Sequence record: SRR20825006_226
DNA length: 64,000 bases
Strand: one strand, 5' to 3'
The translations under genes and the position numbers were made by a program. The notes under the pieces were generated by a model. It was given only the letters and a program-made list of their open reading frames with translations, searched no databases and was not told the origin of the DNA. Below, piece after piece: positions 49,595 to 59,815 of this stretch (position 1 is the stretch's first letter; each line of letters starts with the position of its first letter).

Positions 49595-52500
49595 ATGCTT
49601 TCAATAAAATCTTTCTTAAAGAGCATGTGGAATTTACCCATGCTCTTTTTAATTTTCCAGCCAGCGGCTTTTGCGCAACAAATTGCTATAAAAAAAAGCC
49701 ATTCTATAACTCCTAGTCTTCAACAAAATGCAGTTCCAACTACAGGAACGCTAAATGTTGTGGCTATTATGGTTGAGTTTGAGCCAGACTCAAATAGGCT
49801 AACTTCTGGTACAGGAATTTTTGGCCCTGGTGGGTTACCATATCTCGAAAATGTGGTTAACCAACGCGTTGAACCTCTTCCTCATGATAAATATTATTTT
49901 GAATCTCACTTAGAGTTTGCAAAGAACTATTTTGAAAAGTCCTCTGATGGGCAACTAAACATCAGCTATCAAGTTCTCCCACAAGTTTATCGCCTCGATA
50001 AAAAAATGGAAGAGTACTCTCCTACTGGAGAAACTTTTACCAACGAGAAAATAGCGTACTTAATCCGAGATTCTTGGGCAAAAGTAAACGAAAATGGCGG
50101 GTTTGATGCCACAGGTTTAAATCCAGATGAAACTGCTTTTGTAATTTTCCACGCTGGTATTGGTAGAGATATTGAGCTCACAGGTACCACTCTAGATATC
50201 ACACCTTTAGACATTCCTTCTATTTATTTGAGCAAGAAAGGCATCGGTGACTTATTAGACAATCCTAGTTTTGATGGATTTGAGATTAATAACGGCTCTT
50301 TCCGAATAACAAACTCTTTGATTATCCCCCGCACGGAATCGCGCCGAGGGCTCGACATTCAAGAAAACGAGTTTGTATTCCCACTTTCTATTAATGGATT
50401 ATTATGCGCATCTATTGGAAGCCATTTAGGGTTACCAGATCTTTTCAATACAGAAACGGGAGAATCAGGAATTGGTCGTTTTGGACTTATGGACGGTGCC
50501 AGCTTCTTTTCTTATAACGGATTATTTCCACCTGAACCCTCGGCTTGGGAAAAAACCTTTTTAGGATGGTCTACTCCGTTTCTTGTTATGGCACCAGATT
50601 CAATCTCACTACCAGCGGCCACACTAAACGCCCCAAACAGTATTGCTAAATATGAGATTTCATCCACCGAATATTTCTTAATAGAAAACCGACATCGTGA
50701 CCTCAATAATAGCGGCGTAACTTTAACCTTTCAGAAACCTGATGGCTCTACAGTTCAGCAAACTTTCCTTAATACCAATGATCAATTTGTGTACCAAGAA
50801 GCAGATTTTGACACGCTCTTAGAAGCTGGCGTTCTTATAGATGTAGATAATTTTGATTGGAGTTTACCCGGTGGATTCGACATTGGAGCCGATGAAAGAG
50901 AAAACACCGCTGATGATCGCTATTTAAACGGCGGTATTCTTATATGGCATATTGATGAAGCTGTTATTCAAAACCAGCTTGCCGATGGAACCATCAATAA
51001 TAATGTAGGACGAAGAGGTATTGTTCTGAAAGAGGCTGATGGAGCCCAAGATATTGGAAGGCCCATTTCTAATAGAAGTGATAACTCGCCAGCTTTAGGT
51101 ACACCGTTTGATTTTTGGTGGAGTGGAAATAATTACAGAGTAATTACACAATCTAACACCATCATTCTCTACAAAAACGAATTTTCTCCTACTTCAACAC
51201 CAAATAATAATAGTAATTCTGGTGCGACCTCGTATTTCCGTTTCTATGATTTTTCAACCAATTTACCAACGGCATATTTTAAGATTGAGGCATTAATACC
51301 TGAAAACGCCCCAACCGTTTCTCACTCTATTTTTATAGATGATAACGAATTTTATAGCTTAACAGATAACTACTCTAACTCATTTCCGTTAGCGCTTTCA
51401 AAAGCCGTTTCATCTGACTTAGAAACCGTTATTATTCCTTATTCAAATGGAGCTTATTTTTTCTATCCAGACTCTAATAAAGTTACAAAAGTAGCATCTG
51501 GAAATATTCAGCAGCCTTTGACGGGGGAATCTATCTACATTCCTAAAAGAGAGATTCAAAGCAATCAACTAATGATTTCGCCTTATCTAAAAGAGAATGA
51601 TTTATGGGTTCAAAAACCTGACTTCGTTACTCCAATTAATAACGGGTTAATCAGTTCTCAGCAGGGAGACACCATCGCCGTTGATGGAACTACTTTTGGT
51701 TATGTTGAACAAACTTCAGAATTACTCCCAAATTTCAGGCCTAATCCTGTTCAGGAATCAAAACGGTTAACTTCAGGACTCGCATCAAACTCAACCAACT
51801 CAATAGCATTCAGTATGGCTGAAGCTTCAATTTCAGACTTTACTAAAACGCCTAGTTCTTACCGTTCTTATGTTGGCAATATGGAGTTTAAAAGTGGAGC
51901 GAATGGATTTTTCATTCTTGAAAATACCCGACTAACACTAGTAAACCCAAATTCCGAATCTCCATTTAAAACTATTTACGAAGGTGGTGAAATTGACTGG
52001 CCAGCCATTGTAGATTTTGATAACGACGGCGAGCTTGATTTCATTTTTATAGACTATTCGCAGAATAATATCAATGCGATAAATTACAATGGCGCTACTT
52101 TAAGTGGTTTTCCAATTATTTTAAACTCTTCTGATAAACTAGTTGGGACGCCATTAGTGGGAGATTTGAATGCCGATGGACAGTTAGATTTAGTTTTAAC
52201 CGTTCAGAACCAATTTGATGTCAATCTCAGATTATATAATCATACAAGTTCAGAGTTTGAGTTTTCTCCGCTTTATGTTGGAGGTGTTTCTTCAGCAAGC
52301 TCTAAGGCTTTGAATCCTGTTATAGATGGAACGCAGATAATTGCAATTAGTCAAACTGGAGAACTTAGAAGCTGGGATTTCAACGCACTAACAAATGCTG
52401 TTTGGAAGAGTAAATACGGTAACGATCCTTACAACAAGGTAGGTGGTGTATTATCAAATACCACCCCTACTCCTGTAAATTTTACCATTCTTAATTCTCA

Positions 52501-52768
52501 AGAAACCTATAATTGGCCCAATCCAGCTAATGCTGAAACCCATTTGCGCTTTCAGCTAGAATCTCCCGGTGGATCTGTAGAAGTTAGCATTATGAGTTTA
52601 AGTGGGAAATTGGTTTATAAAAATACATTTCAATCCACTGGCGGACAACCCGAGGAAATAACACTTAACACCAACAATTGGGCTAGTGGCGGTTATTATG
52701 CGCTCGTGAAAGCAACAGTGAACGGTAAATCTGAATCGAAACTTGTTAAAATTGCGGTGGTGCATTAA
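49595..52768 (+). CDS. T9SS type A cargo: M6/immune-inhibitor-A-like domain (degenerate zinc motif), FG-GAP-like repeats, CTD
   Basis: VIFHAG, ASIGSHLGLPDLF, LMD, SAWEKTFLGW, EYFLIENR, GILIWHIDE; DFDNDGELD and DLNADGQLD; YNWPNPA...KIAVVH. Confidence 0.75.
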   Translation: MLSIKSFLKSMWNLPMLFLIFQPAAFAQQIAIKKSHSITPSLQQNAVPTTGTLNVVAIMVEFEPDSNRLTSGTGIFGPGGLPYLENVVNQRVEPLPHDKYYFESHLEFAKNYFEKSSDGQLNISYQVLPQVYRLDKKMEEYSPTGETFTNEKIAYLIRDSWAKVNENGGFDATGLNPDETAFVIFHAGIGRDIELTGTTLDITPLDIPSIYLSKKGIGDLLDNPSFDGFEINNGSFRITNSLIIPRTESRRGLDIQENEFVFPLSINGLLCASIGSHLGLPDLFNTETGESGIGRFGLMDGASFFSYNGLFPPEPSAWEKTFLGWSTPFLVMAPDSISLPAATLNAPNSIAKYEISSTEYFLIENRHRDLNNSGVTLTFQKPDGSTVQQTFLNTNDQFVYQEADFDTLLEAGVLIDVDNFDWSLPGGFDIGADERENTADDRYLNGGILIWHIDEAVIQNQLADGTINNNVGRRGIVLKEADGAQDIGRPISNRSDNSPALGTPFDFWWSGNNYRVITQSNTIILYKNEFSPTSTPNNNSNSGATSYFRFYDFSTNLPTAYFKIEALIPENAPTVSHSIFIDDNEFYSLTDNYSNSFPLALSKAVSSDLETVIIPYSNGAYFFYPDSNKVTKVASGNIQQPLTGESIYIPKREIQSNQLMISPYLKENDLWVQKPDFVTPINNGLISSQQGDTIAVDGTTFGYVEQTSELLPNFRPNPVQESKRLTSGLASNSTNSIAFSMAEASISDFTKTPSSYRSYVGNMEFKSGANGFFILENTRLTLVNPNSESPFKTIYEGGEIDWPAIVDFDNDGELDFIFIDYSQNNINAINYNGATLSGFPIILNSSDKLVGTPLVGDLNADGQLDLVLTVQNQFDVNLRLYNHTSSEFEFSPLYVGGVSSASSKALNPVIDGTQIIAISQTGELRSWDFNALTNAVWKSKYGNDPYNKVGGVLSNTTPTPVNFTILNSQETYNWPNPANAETHLRFQLESPGGSVEVSIMSLSGKLVYKNTFQSTGGQPEEITLNTNNWASGGYYALVKATVNGKSESKLVKIAVVH

Positions 52769-55700
52769 TGAGAACTATCTTTTTATACATCGCGCTTTTG
52801 GTGATCGTTTTAAGTCCTTCTTTTTCTAGTGCTCAAACTAACCCACAATATTACGATTATTCCCAAAATCACCTTCCTTGGTTTACCATTGAAAGCGATC
52901 ATTTCATGATTCAGTTTCAAGAGGGAAACAGTCGCTCTGCTAAAGTTATAGTGCGAATTGCTGAGGAGATTTACGGACCTATCACCGAATTGTATCAGCA
53001 TGAGCCAGATGAGAAAGTGAGTATTGTGCTCAAAGATCGTGAAGATTACTCAAACGGTGCCGCCTATTTCTTCGATAACAAAATTGATATCTGGTTGCCA
53101 GCGTTAGACACTCCACTTCGAGGCACTCATAATTGGTTCCGAAACGTAATTTCGCATGAATTTACGCACATCATTCAGATTCAAAAAGGAATGAAACGTA
53201 CTCGTAGATTTCCCGTTTCTTACATCCAATGGCTTTCTTACGAAAATGTTCGCCGTCCAGATGTACTCTACGGTTTCCCAAATGGTATAGCTACACTACC
53301 ATTCGTTTCTGTTAATATTCCTGCTTGGATGGCAGAGGGAACAGCTCAATATCAACGTGAAGGTTTATTATACGAAAGCTGGGACGCTCACCGAGATATG
53401 ATCTTGAGAACTCGAATTCTGAGCGACACTTATTTTACGTTAGACGAAATGGGAACATTCTCGTCTAAAACAAGCCTTGAACGTGAGACTGTGTACAACC
53501 AAGGTTATGCCTTTGTTATTTATTTAGCCAACCGATTTGGGGAAGAGATTCTTCGTGAAATTACTCAGGCTCTATCTACAAAAGGCACTTATAATGTTGC
53601 TAAGGGAATAGAAATTGCTACTGGTATTTCTGGTTATACCGTGTTTGATGATTGGATTGCAGAACGCAAAGAATTTTACACCAATGCTACCAATAACCTC
53701 CAAGAAACTTCAAGTACTTATATTGAAAAAGACGGTTTTTTCAATTTCTTTCCTAAAATGTCGCCAGATGGAAACCATGTTGCTTACCTTTCTAACAAAG
53801 GCAGAGACTTTAGTCTTGCTTCACTTTATCTAAAGAATGCGAATGGAAATGAAGAAGTCGCTGTTATTTCTGACCGACTTTTTTCCAATGAAGCAAATCA
53901 TGCAGATGCTATTAAACCTACTATAACTTTCATCAGTACTTCGTTTTCTTTCTCTCCAGATAGTAAAAGCATTGCGTATTCTGTAAACAAACGAAATAAC
54001 CTAGGCGAAGATTATCGTGATATTTTCATCTTCAATCTTGAAACTAAAAAGCATCGTAGATTAACCCAATCAGCCCGAATTGAATCCCCTATTTGGAGCC
54101 CTATAGACAATGTGATTGTTGCAGTACAATACAATAAAGGAACTCAAAATTTAATCCAAATCGATCCGGAAACTGGCGATATTACTCAGTTAACTACATT
54201 CTCAAATGGACAAACAGTATATACTCCTGCATGGAGCCCTGATGGAAAGTCGGTTTATTTTGCTTTCGCTGAGTTAGATCATAGAAATATCTTCCGTTAT
54301 GATTTCGATAGTAGAGATATCAAACCAATTGATACATTTGAAGACACTGATTCCCGTGATCCATTTATTTCTCCGGACGGGAAAAGACTATATTTTGCTA
54401 GTAATCCTGATGGCATTTTCAATATCTACACAAAGTCTTTAGAAAGTAGCGATGTACAAAAACTTACGAGTGTTGTTGGCGGTGCGTTCATGCCTTTTGT
54501 ATCAGGAAATAATGATCTCTACTTTTCAGAGTATGAAGCCGATGGTTATAAGCTTAAAACTGCTTTACTTTCAAACACACAATCACTTGAAACTGGTTCA
54601 TATAAGCCAGCTTTTAAAGTAGACCAAATAAATAGCTACGAAAATGATTCTCTTTACAGCAAACTGAATAATTTTGATGATACGGATATCAAAGCCTTTA
54701 CCGAGTATGAGCATGCCGTATTAGACACTGGAAAATATAATTTTTCGCTTTCTACATTTGATGGTGAGGAGCAATTATCCTACAGGAAGTATACCGATGT
54801 TTATACAAAATTTAGTTTTTTCCCAGTTTTAAGATTCGATAATTATAGCAAGCTTAACGGGAACAATGGTACTTTAATTAAGAAAGGAAAGATTGGGAAA
54901 TTAGGCGAAAATCTTATCCGTGACATTAAACCTGGTATCTATTTCTCTTCACGAGATGTACTCGATAAACTCTCACTATTTGGTGGGGTGATGCTTGGTG
55001 TTGGGTCACAACCTGTTGATGGTTTAACGGATTATATAAAACCTGATCACATTCTCGATTTAGACCGTGATATTTTTCTTATTGCAGAGCATCGGGGGCT
55101 TCCTTTCATCAAAAAAGGATGGTCGCCTACAATCTCTATCGAGTTTTATAACATGCGCAGAAATGTTAAAGACGGACTAGCCATTGAAGAGTTTAAATGT
55201 ACCTCTTGTGCAACACCTGATACCATTAATGTTGATATTGCCTACGATATTTGGGAAGTAGATATATTTCTTAGAACTAAGTTAAACAGAATGAGTTTGC
55301 TCGAGTTTGGTTATGCCTACACTCCGTACAAAGTAAATACAGATAATTTTTATTCTAATGAATTAAAAGGTTTTGTTACAGGTTCTTCTGACCAATATTT
55401 CAAAGGTTCTACTTTTTCTGCGGCGTACACTGTTAACTACTACGAGTACACTAAAGATGCAGATATTGCTCCAATCGGGTTGAAAGGCTATGTCCGGTAT
55501 CAGTACCAGCCGAGCAAGCTTTTGGAGGAGTACGACGTAAAAGACGGTTCTTTAATTCCTGTGTTTAAATCCACAAAAAATCACTCTTCGGAACTTCACC
55601 TTCGATATGGATTCAAACTTCCTAATAATCAAGCCTTGCAAGCTAGAGTTAGAGGCTTTGCTTATTTTAATAAGCCTAATGATTCTTTTTATTCTGATTA

Positions 55701-56118
55701 TATCGGTGGCTTTATGGGCATGCGTAGTTATCCATACTTTGCACTTGGAGGAGAACAAACCGCCTTTACTAGTTTGTCGTATTTCGCACCTATTTTTAGG
55801 AACCTAGCTAAGCAAACTGGTCCTTTCACGGTCGATAAACTTTATGCACGAGTTTTCTTCGAAGCAGGGAATACCTGGAACTCACCTTTCGATTCTGGCA
55901 GCAATTTAAAAACTGGAATTGGTACCGAGTTGAGGTTGGCGACAAACGGATATTATTTATTCCCACTTAAATTTTTTGTAAGTGCGGCTTATGGCTTCAA
56001 TGAGTTTGATATTACTTTGCCAGACGACTTTGTAACAGGCTCAAAAAATAATACCGTAACTTATGGAAGGGAGTTTCTTTTCCATTTTGGTTTAACCTTC
56101 GATTTTGAATTATTATGA
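52768..56118 (+). CDS. Gluzincin-type metallopeptidase + PD40/TolB-like propeller + Omp85-like C-terminal barrel
   Basis: HEFTH...WMAEGTAQY; repeated SPDG motifs; C-terminal GGFMGMRSY, FFEAGNTW, GIGTELR, FHFGLTFDF. Confidence 0.7.
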   Translation: MRTIFLYIALLVIVLSPSFSSAQTNPQYYDYSQNHLPWFTIESDHFMIQFQEGNSRSAKVIVRIAEEIYGPITELYQHEPDEKVSIVLKDREDYSNGAAYFFDNKIDIWLPALDTPLRGTHNWFRNVISHEFTHIIQIQKGMKRTRRFPVSYIQWLSYENVRRPDVLYGFPNGIATLPFVSVNIPAWMAEGTAQYQREGLLYESWDAHRDMILRTRILSDTYFTLDEMGTFSSKTSLERETVYNQGYAFVIYLANRFGEEILREITQALSTKGTYNVAKGIEIATGISGYTVFDDWIAERKEFYTNATNNLQETSSTYIEKDGFFNFFPKMSPDGNHVAYLSNKGRDFSLASLYLKNANGNEEVAVISDRLFSNEANHADAIKPTITFISTSFSFSPDSKSIAYSVNKRNNLGEDYRDIFIFNLETKKHRRLTQSARIESPIWSPIDNVIVAVQYNKGTQNLIQIDPETGDITQLTTFSNGQTVYTPAWSPDGKSVYFAFAELDHRNIFRYDFDSRDIKPIDTFEDTDSRDPFISPDGKRLYFASNPDGIFNIYTKSLESSDVQKLTSVVGGAFMPFVSGNNDLYFSEYEADGYKLKTALLSNTQSLETGSYKPAFKVDQINSYENDSLYSKLNNFDDTDIKAFTEYEHAVLDTGKYNFSLSTFDGEEQLSYRKYTDVYTKFSFFPVLRFDNYSKLNGNNGTLIKKGKIGKLGENLIRDIKPGIYFSSRDVLDKLSLFGGVMLGVGSQPVDGLTDYIKPDHILDLDRDIFLIAEHRGLPFIKKGWSPTISIEFYNMRRNVKDGLAIEEFKCTSCATPDTINVDIAYDIWEVDIFLRTKLNRMSLLEFGYAYTPYKVNTDNFYSNELKGFVTGSSDQYFKGSTFSAAYTVNYYEYTKDADIAPIGLKGYVRYQYQPSKLLEEYDVKDGSLIPVFKSTKNHSSELHLRYGFKLPNNQALQARVRGFAYFNKPNDSFYSDYIGGFMGMRSYPYFALGGEQTAFTSLSYFAPIFRNLAKQTGPFTVDKLYARVFFEAGNTWNSPFDSGSNLKTGIGTELRLATNGYYLFPLKFFVSAAYGFNEFDITLPDDFVTGSKNNTVTYGREFLFHFGLTFDFELL

Positions 56119-57059
56119 CTAAACTTGGTTTCACTTTCTTTTTTCTTTTAGGCATTTTACCCTCATTAATTGCTCAGCCTTTGAACAACTTCTCAGGTAA
56201 TATTTTAAAAGAGACTGAAGCTGTTCAACATAATATAATAACCCTTTCAGATTTCAAGCCTGAAGCCAATCAAGGATTCGGATCTAGCTTTATTAACGCT
56301 GAAAGAACAAGTCCTGGATTTGCTTTTATTTCATCAGCAATTATTCCTGGTTCGGCTCAAGCCGCCAACGGAAAATGGGTACGTGCTAGTATCTACGCTT
56401 TAACCGAAGCTGCAACGGTATTCTATTATTTCAATCGTAACAATGCCGCAAAACGCCAAGAAAGAGCTTACGAGAGCTACGCCAATTCGAACTGGAGTGT
56501 AGTTGCGTATGCACAATGGTTAGTAAACTATTCTCAAGAAAATAGCCTAACTAATGGATATCAAGATTTAGCTGCAAACATTGCTGGTAAATCACCAGAT
56601 TATTCCAATACTACTAATGATTGGCTAAAAGTAAATATTGGTATATTGCACAGCGTAGAGCGAGAAACACCCTATATATTTGAAAGTAGAAGAGCTAGTA
56701 ATTTTTCGCATAACTTACCTAGTTACGGCTCTCAGCAATATTATGAGCTGATTAGTAAATACTATCAGTTCCAATCTGGGTGGTCTGATATTTATCAAAA
56801 TCCATCACTTAATCCCAACAATCCTTATTATAAATGGGATGGATCCGACTCTTCCCCTCAGTTTTACTTAGGGAGAGATAGTGCCGCAGAATTTAATGAC
56901 AATTATCGATTAGCTGGGAACATTTTAAATCTAATCTTGATAAATCATATTATCTCGGCGTTTGATGGTATGTTGACCGTTAAACTAAAAAACAGCCGAC
57001 TTCAAGCTCATGCTAACTTAATGCGCTCAGATTCATTTTCATTAGTTTTACACTTTTAA
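56115..57059 (+). CDS. Hypothetical exported/membrane protein (DUF5683-like N-terminal motif)
   Basis: Signal peptide, SAIIPGSAQAANGKW, QQYYELISKYYQF, NHIISAFD, terminal FSLVLHF; ATGA overlap with upstream gene. Confidence 0.55.
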   Translation: MTKLGFTFFFLLGILPSLIAQPLNNFSGNILKETEAVQHNIITLSDFKPEANQGFGSSFINAERTSPGFAFISSAIIPGSAQAANGKWVRASIYALTEAATVFYYFNRNNAAKRQERAYESYANSNWSVVAYAQWLVNYSQENSLTNGYQDLAANIAGKSPDYSNTTNDWLKVNIGILHSVERETPYIFESRRASNFSHNLPSYGSQQYYELISKYYQFQSGWSDIYQNPSLNPNNPYYKWDGSDSSPQFYLGRDSAAEFNDNYRLAGNILNLILINHIISAFDGMLTVKLKNSRLQAHANLMRSDSFSLVLHF

Positions 57060-57087
57060 GATCCTATTACTTCTCGTACTTTAAAAT

Positions 57088-57921
57088 ATGTTTAAACACA
57101 TTCTGACAAGTAAAATTTTTTATCTTTCTATTCTCGGTATAATAATACTTGGAGCAGGTTCACTATTTCTGCTCGATAAAGTGATTATGCCTTATTACAC
57201 CAATTATAACGAAGGTATTACAGTACCAGATGTAACAAGAGTCACTCTAGAAGAAGCAGAAGAACTACTAACAAGTATCGGCCTCAGGCATGAAGTTTCG
57301 GAACGGAGGGCAAACGCAGCTTTCCCAGCCAATTACGTAATAGATCAGCAACCTACAGCGGCAAATATTGTAAAACCAAATCGCAAGATTTACCTCACCG
57401 TAAACACCGAAGTTAAGCCGAAAGTAGAAGTTCCAAATGTTACCAACCTTTCTTTAAGAAATGCTCAAATTCAATTGCAGAATTACGGGCTCGAAGTTGG
57501 AACTACAACTTATGAATCATCTAGGTTTAAGAACGCCGTTCTTCGTCAATCTATTCCTAAAGGAACTATTGTAGACAAGGGTGCAACCATCGATTTAGTA
57601 GTAAGTGATGGGTTAGGAGATAAGATTGTAACTATCCCCGAAATAATTGGGCTCCGTCTGCCACAAGCGCAACTTCGACTTAGAGAAGCGGGGTTAAGAA
57701 TTGGTGAGATTTTCTTCCAACCTACTAAAGATGTAGATCCGAACACCGTTCTCGATTTTTCTCCAAAAGTTCTTGAAATCATCGAAGGTCAATCGCTCAA
57801 TCTCATAATATCCGAACGTTTTGACGCTACCGAAGAAATAGAAGGAGGCGCTGTTTTTAGCGATTCCACTCAAATTCGTAGAGATTCTCTTAATATTCCA
57901 ACCCCTAAGCCCAACAAATAA
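57088..57921 (+). CDS. PASTA domain-containing membrane protein
   Basis: N-terminal TM, three repeats beginning VPDV / VPNV / IPEI. Confidence 0.88.
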   Translation: MFKHILTSKIFYLSILGIIILGAGSLFLLDKVIMPYYTNYNEGITVPDVTRVTLEEAEELLTSIGLRHEVSERRANAAFPANYVIDQQPTAANIVKPNRKIYLTVNTEVKPKVEVPNVTNLSLRNAQIQLQNYGLEVGTTTYESSRFKNAVLRQSIPKGTIVDKGATIDLVVSDGLGDKIVTIPEIIGLRLPQAQLRLREAGLRIGEIFFQPTKDVDPNTVLDFSPKVLEIIEGQSLNLIISERFDATEEIEGGAVFSDSTQIRRDSLNIPTPKPNK

Positions 57922-57924
57922 ACT

Positions 57925-58596
57925 ATGGATTTTCAACTTCCAATACTTGCTCCCTCTATCTTAGCCGCAGACTTTTCTAAACTAGGCAAAGACATCGAAG
58001 ACTGTATAAAAGGTGGCGTAAGTTGGATTCATTGCGATATTATGGACGGTCATTTTGTGCCTAATATCAGTTACGGGCCTGCCATTGTAAAAGCGGCAAG
58101 CAAATCTGCACCAGATGCTTTTATGGATGTTCACTTGATGATTGAAAATCCAGATAATTTTGTAGATGACTATGTTCAAGCTGGGGCAGATCTTATCTCT
58201 GTACATTACGAAGCTTGCACACATCTGCATCGTTCTATTCAGAACATCAAGAAATATGGCATTATGGCGGGTGTAGTTGTAAATCCTGCTACATCTTTAC
58301 ACAACATCGAACCTATTTTAGAATATGTCGATTTAGTACTCATTATGAGTGTTAATCCTGGTTTTGGCGGGCAGAGTTTTATAGAAAGCAGCTACGAAAA
58401 ACTGCGTGAACTAGTTGATCTAAGAGAAGCTGGTGGACATGCATTCCTCATTGAAGTAGATGGTGGTGTTGGTCTAAAAAATATTCAGGAAGTTGCAGAA
58501 GCTGGCGCTGATGTATTAGTTGCTGGGAGTAGCGTTTTTAGTGCTGAAAATATCCCTGCTCGTGTTCAAGAACTTCAAGAACTTTTAGAGGCTTAA
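57925..58596 (+). CDS. rpe: Ribulose-phosphate 3-epimerase
   Basis: APSILAADF, HCDIMDGHFVPN, DVHLM, MSVNPGFGGQ, IEVDGG, VAGS. Confidence 0.97.
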   Translation: MDFQLPILAPSILAADFSKLGKDIEDCIKGGVSWIHCDIMDGHFVPNISYGPAIVKAASKSAPDAFMDVHLMIENPDNFVDDYVQAGADLISVHYEACTHLHRSIQNIKKYGIMAGVVVNPATSLHNIEPILEYVDLVLIMSVNPGFGGQSFIESSYEKLRELVDLREAGGHAFLIEVDGGVGLKNIQEVAEAGADVLVAGSSVFSAENIPARVQELQELLEA

Positions 58597-58759
58597 CTCC
58601 CTCACATAAAATCTTTATTAAGTTCTATTTCTATCATATTTGAATGTTCGCCTTTATAGTTGTTTTTAGGAACATAACTATCTAAACACCCTTCCAATTG
58701 TTCTACATCATTTTTCTATACAAATGATTAAATTCATAGCATAAATATATGGAGATACA

Positions 58760-59758
58760 ATTATCGAAGACCAACGCACACTTTTAGAACAGTCATTTAC
58801 CATTGAGAAAACCGACCCAGTTTCCTTATTTGGTTTGCATGATGGCAATATTCGCATTCTAGATCTCGCCTTTCCAGAAACTAAAATTAATTCTCGGGGT
58901 GATCGCGTAAAGCTTACAGGCCCAAGCGAAGAAGTAGCCCTAATGGGTGATATTATAGCGGGCATGATTGAAGTTGCCGAACGTAAAGGCTCCGTTTCTG
59001 AAAACGAAGTTAAAACGCTTATTGCACTTAAATCTGGTGAACGGAAAGCTAGAAAACCACACACTCCTTCTTCCGGAAATAGTGGTATAATATTATACTC
59101 TCACGAAGGCGAGCCTATTATCGCAAAAACACCGGGGCAAAAGCGAATTGTCGTATCATCCGAAGTTCACGATATCGTTTTTTCTATTGGACCTGCTGGT
59201 ACGGGGAAAACGTATACTTCCGTTGCTCTTGCTGTAAAAGCTCTAAAAGAACGCCGAGTAAAAAAGATTATACTCGCTCGACCTGCAGTAGAAGCTGGTG
59301 AGAATCTTGGTTTCCTCCCTGGCGATTTAAAAGAGAAAATAGATCCTTATTTACGGCCACTTTACGACGCTCTTGAAGACATGATAGAGCCTGATAAACT
59401 AGAGTTTTATCTAAATAAGAATGTGATTGAGATTGCACCTCTGGCTTACATGCGTGGAAGAACTCTAAATAATGCTTTCGTAATTCTTGATGAAGCCCAG
59501 AACGCAACGAATACGCAGATGAAGATGTTTCTTACACGTATAGGGTTTAATAGTAGAGCTATAATTACAGGCGATGTGACGCAAACTGATTTACCGAGAA
59601 AACAGGAATCGGGTTTAATTTCTATTCAACGAATTCTAAAAGATGTACAAGGCATTGACTTTGTATACCTGACCGAAGAAGATGTGGTTCGCCATAAACT
59701 AGTTAGAGATATCATTAATGCTTACGAGAAATACGAAGAAAGTAGAGACCAAAAATAG
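58760..59758 (+). CDS. phoH: PhoH-family ATPase; start uncertain (ATT 58760 proposed, TTG 58835 in ORF track)
   Basis: GPAGTGKT, RPAVEAGE.LGFLPGD, PYLRPLYDAL, AYMRGRTL, DEAQN, GDVTQTDL, VVRH. Confidence 0.9.
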   Translation: MIEDQRTLLEQSFTIEKTDPVSLFGLHDGNIRILDLAFPETKINSRGDRVKLTGPSEEVALMGDIIAGMIEVAERKGSVSENEVKTLIALKSGERKARKPHTPSSGNSGIILYSHEGEPIIAKTPGQKRIVVSSEVHDIVFSIGPAGTGKTYTSVALAVKALKERRVKKIILARPAVEAGENLGFLPGDLKEKIDPYLRPLYDALEDMIEPDKLEFYLNKNVIEIAPLAYMRGRTLNNAFVILDEAQNATNTQMKMFLTRIGFNSRAIITGDVTQTDLPRKQESGLISIQRILKDVQGIDFVYLTEEDVVRHKLVRDIINAYEKYEESRDQK

Positions 59759-59815
59759 AGCATTACAATTGCGCTTCTCTTTTCAGTGCGAATTATACCA
59801 TCAGGATAAAAAACT

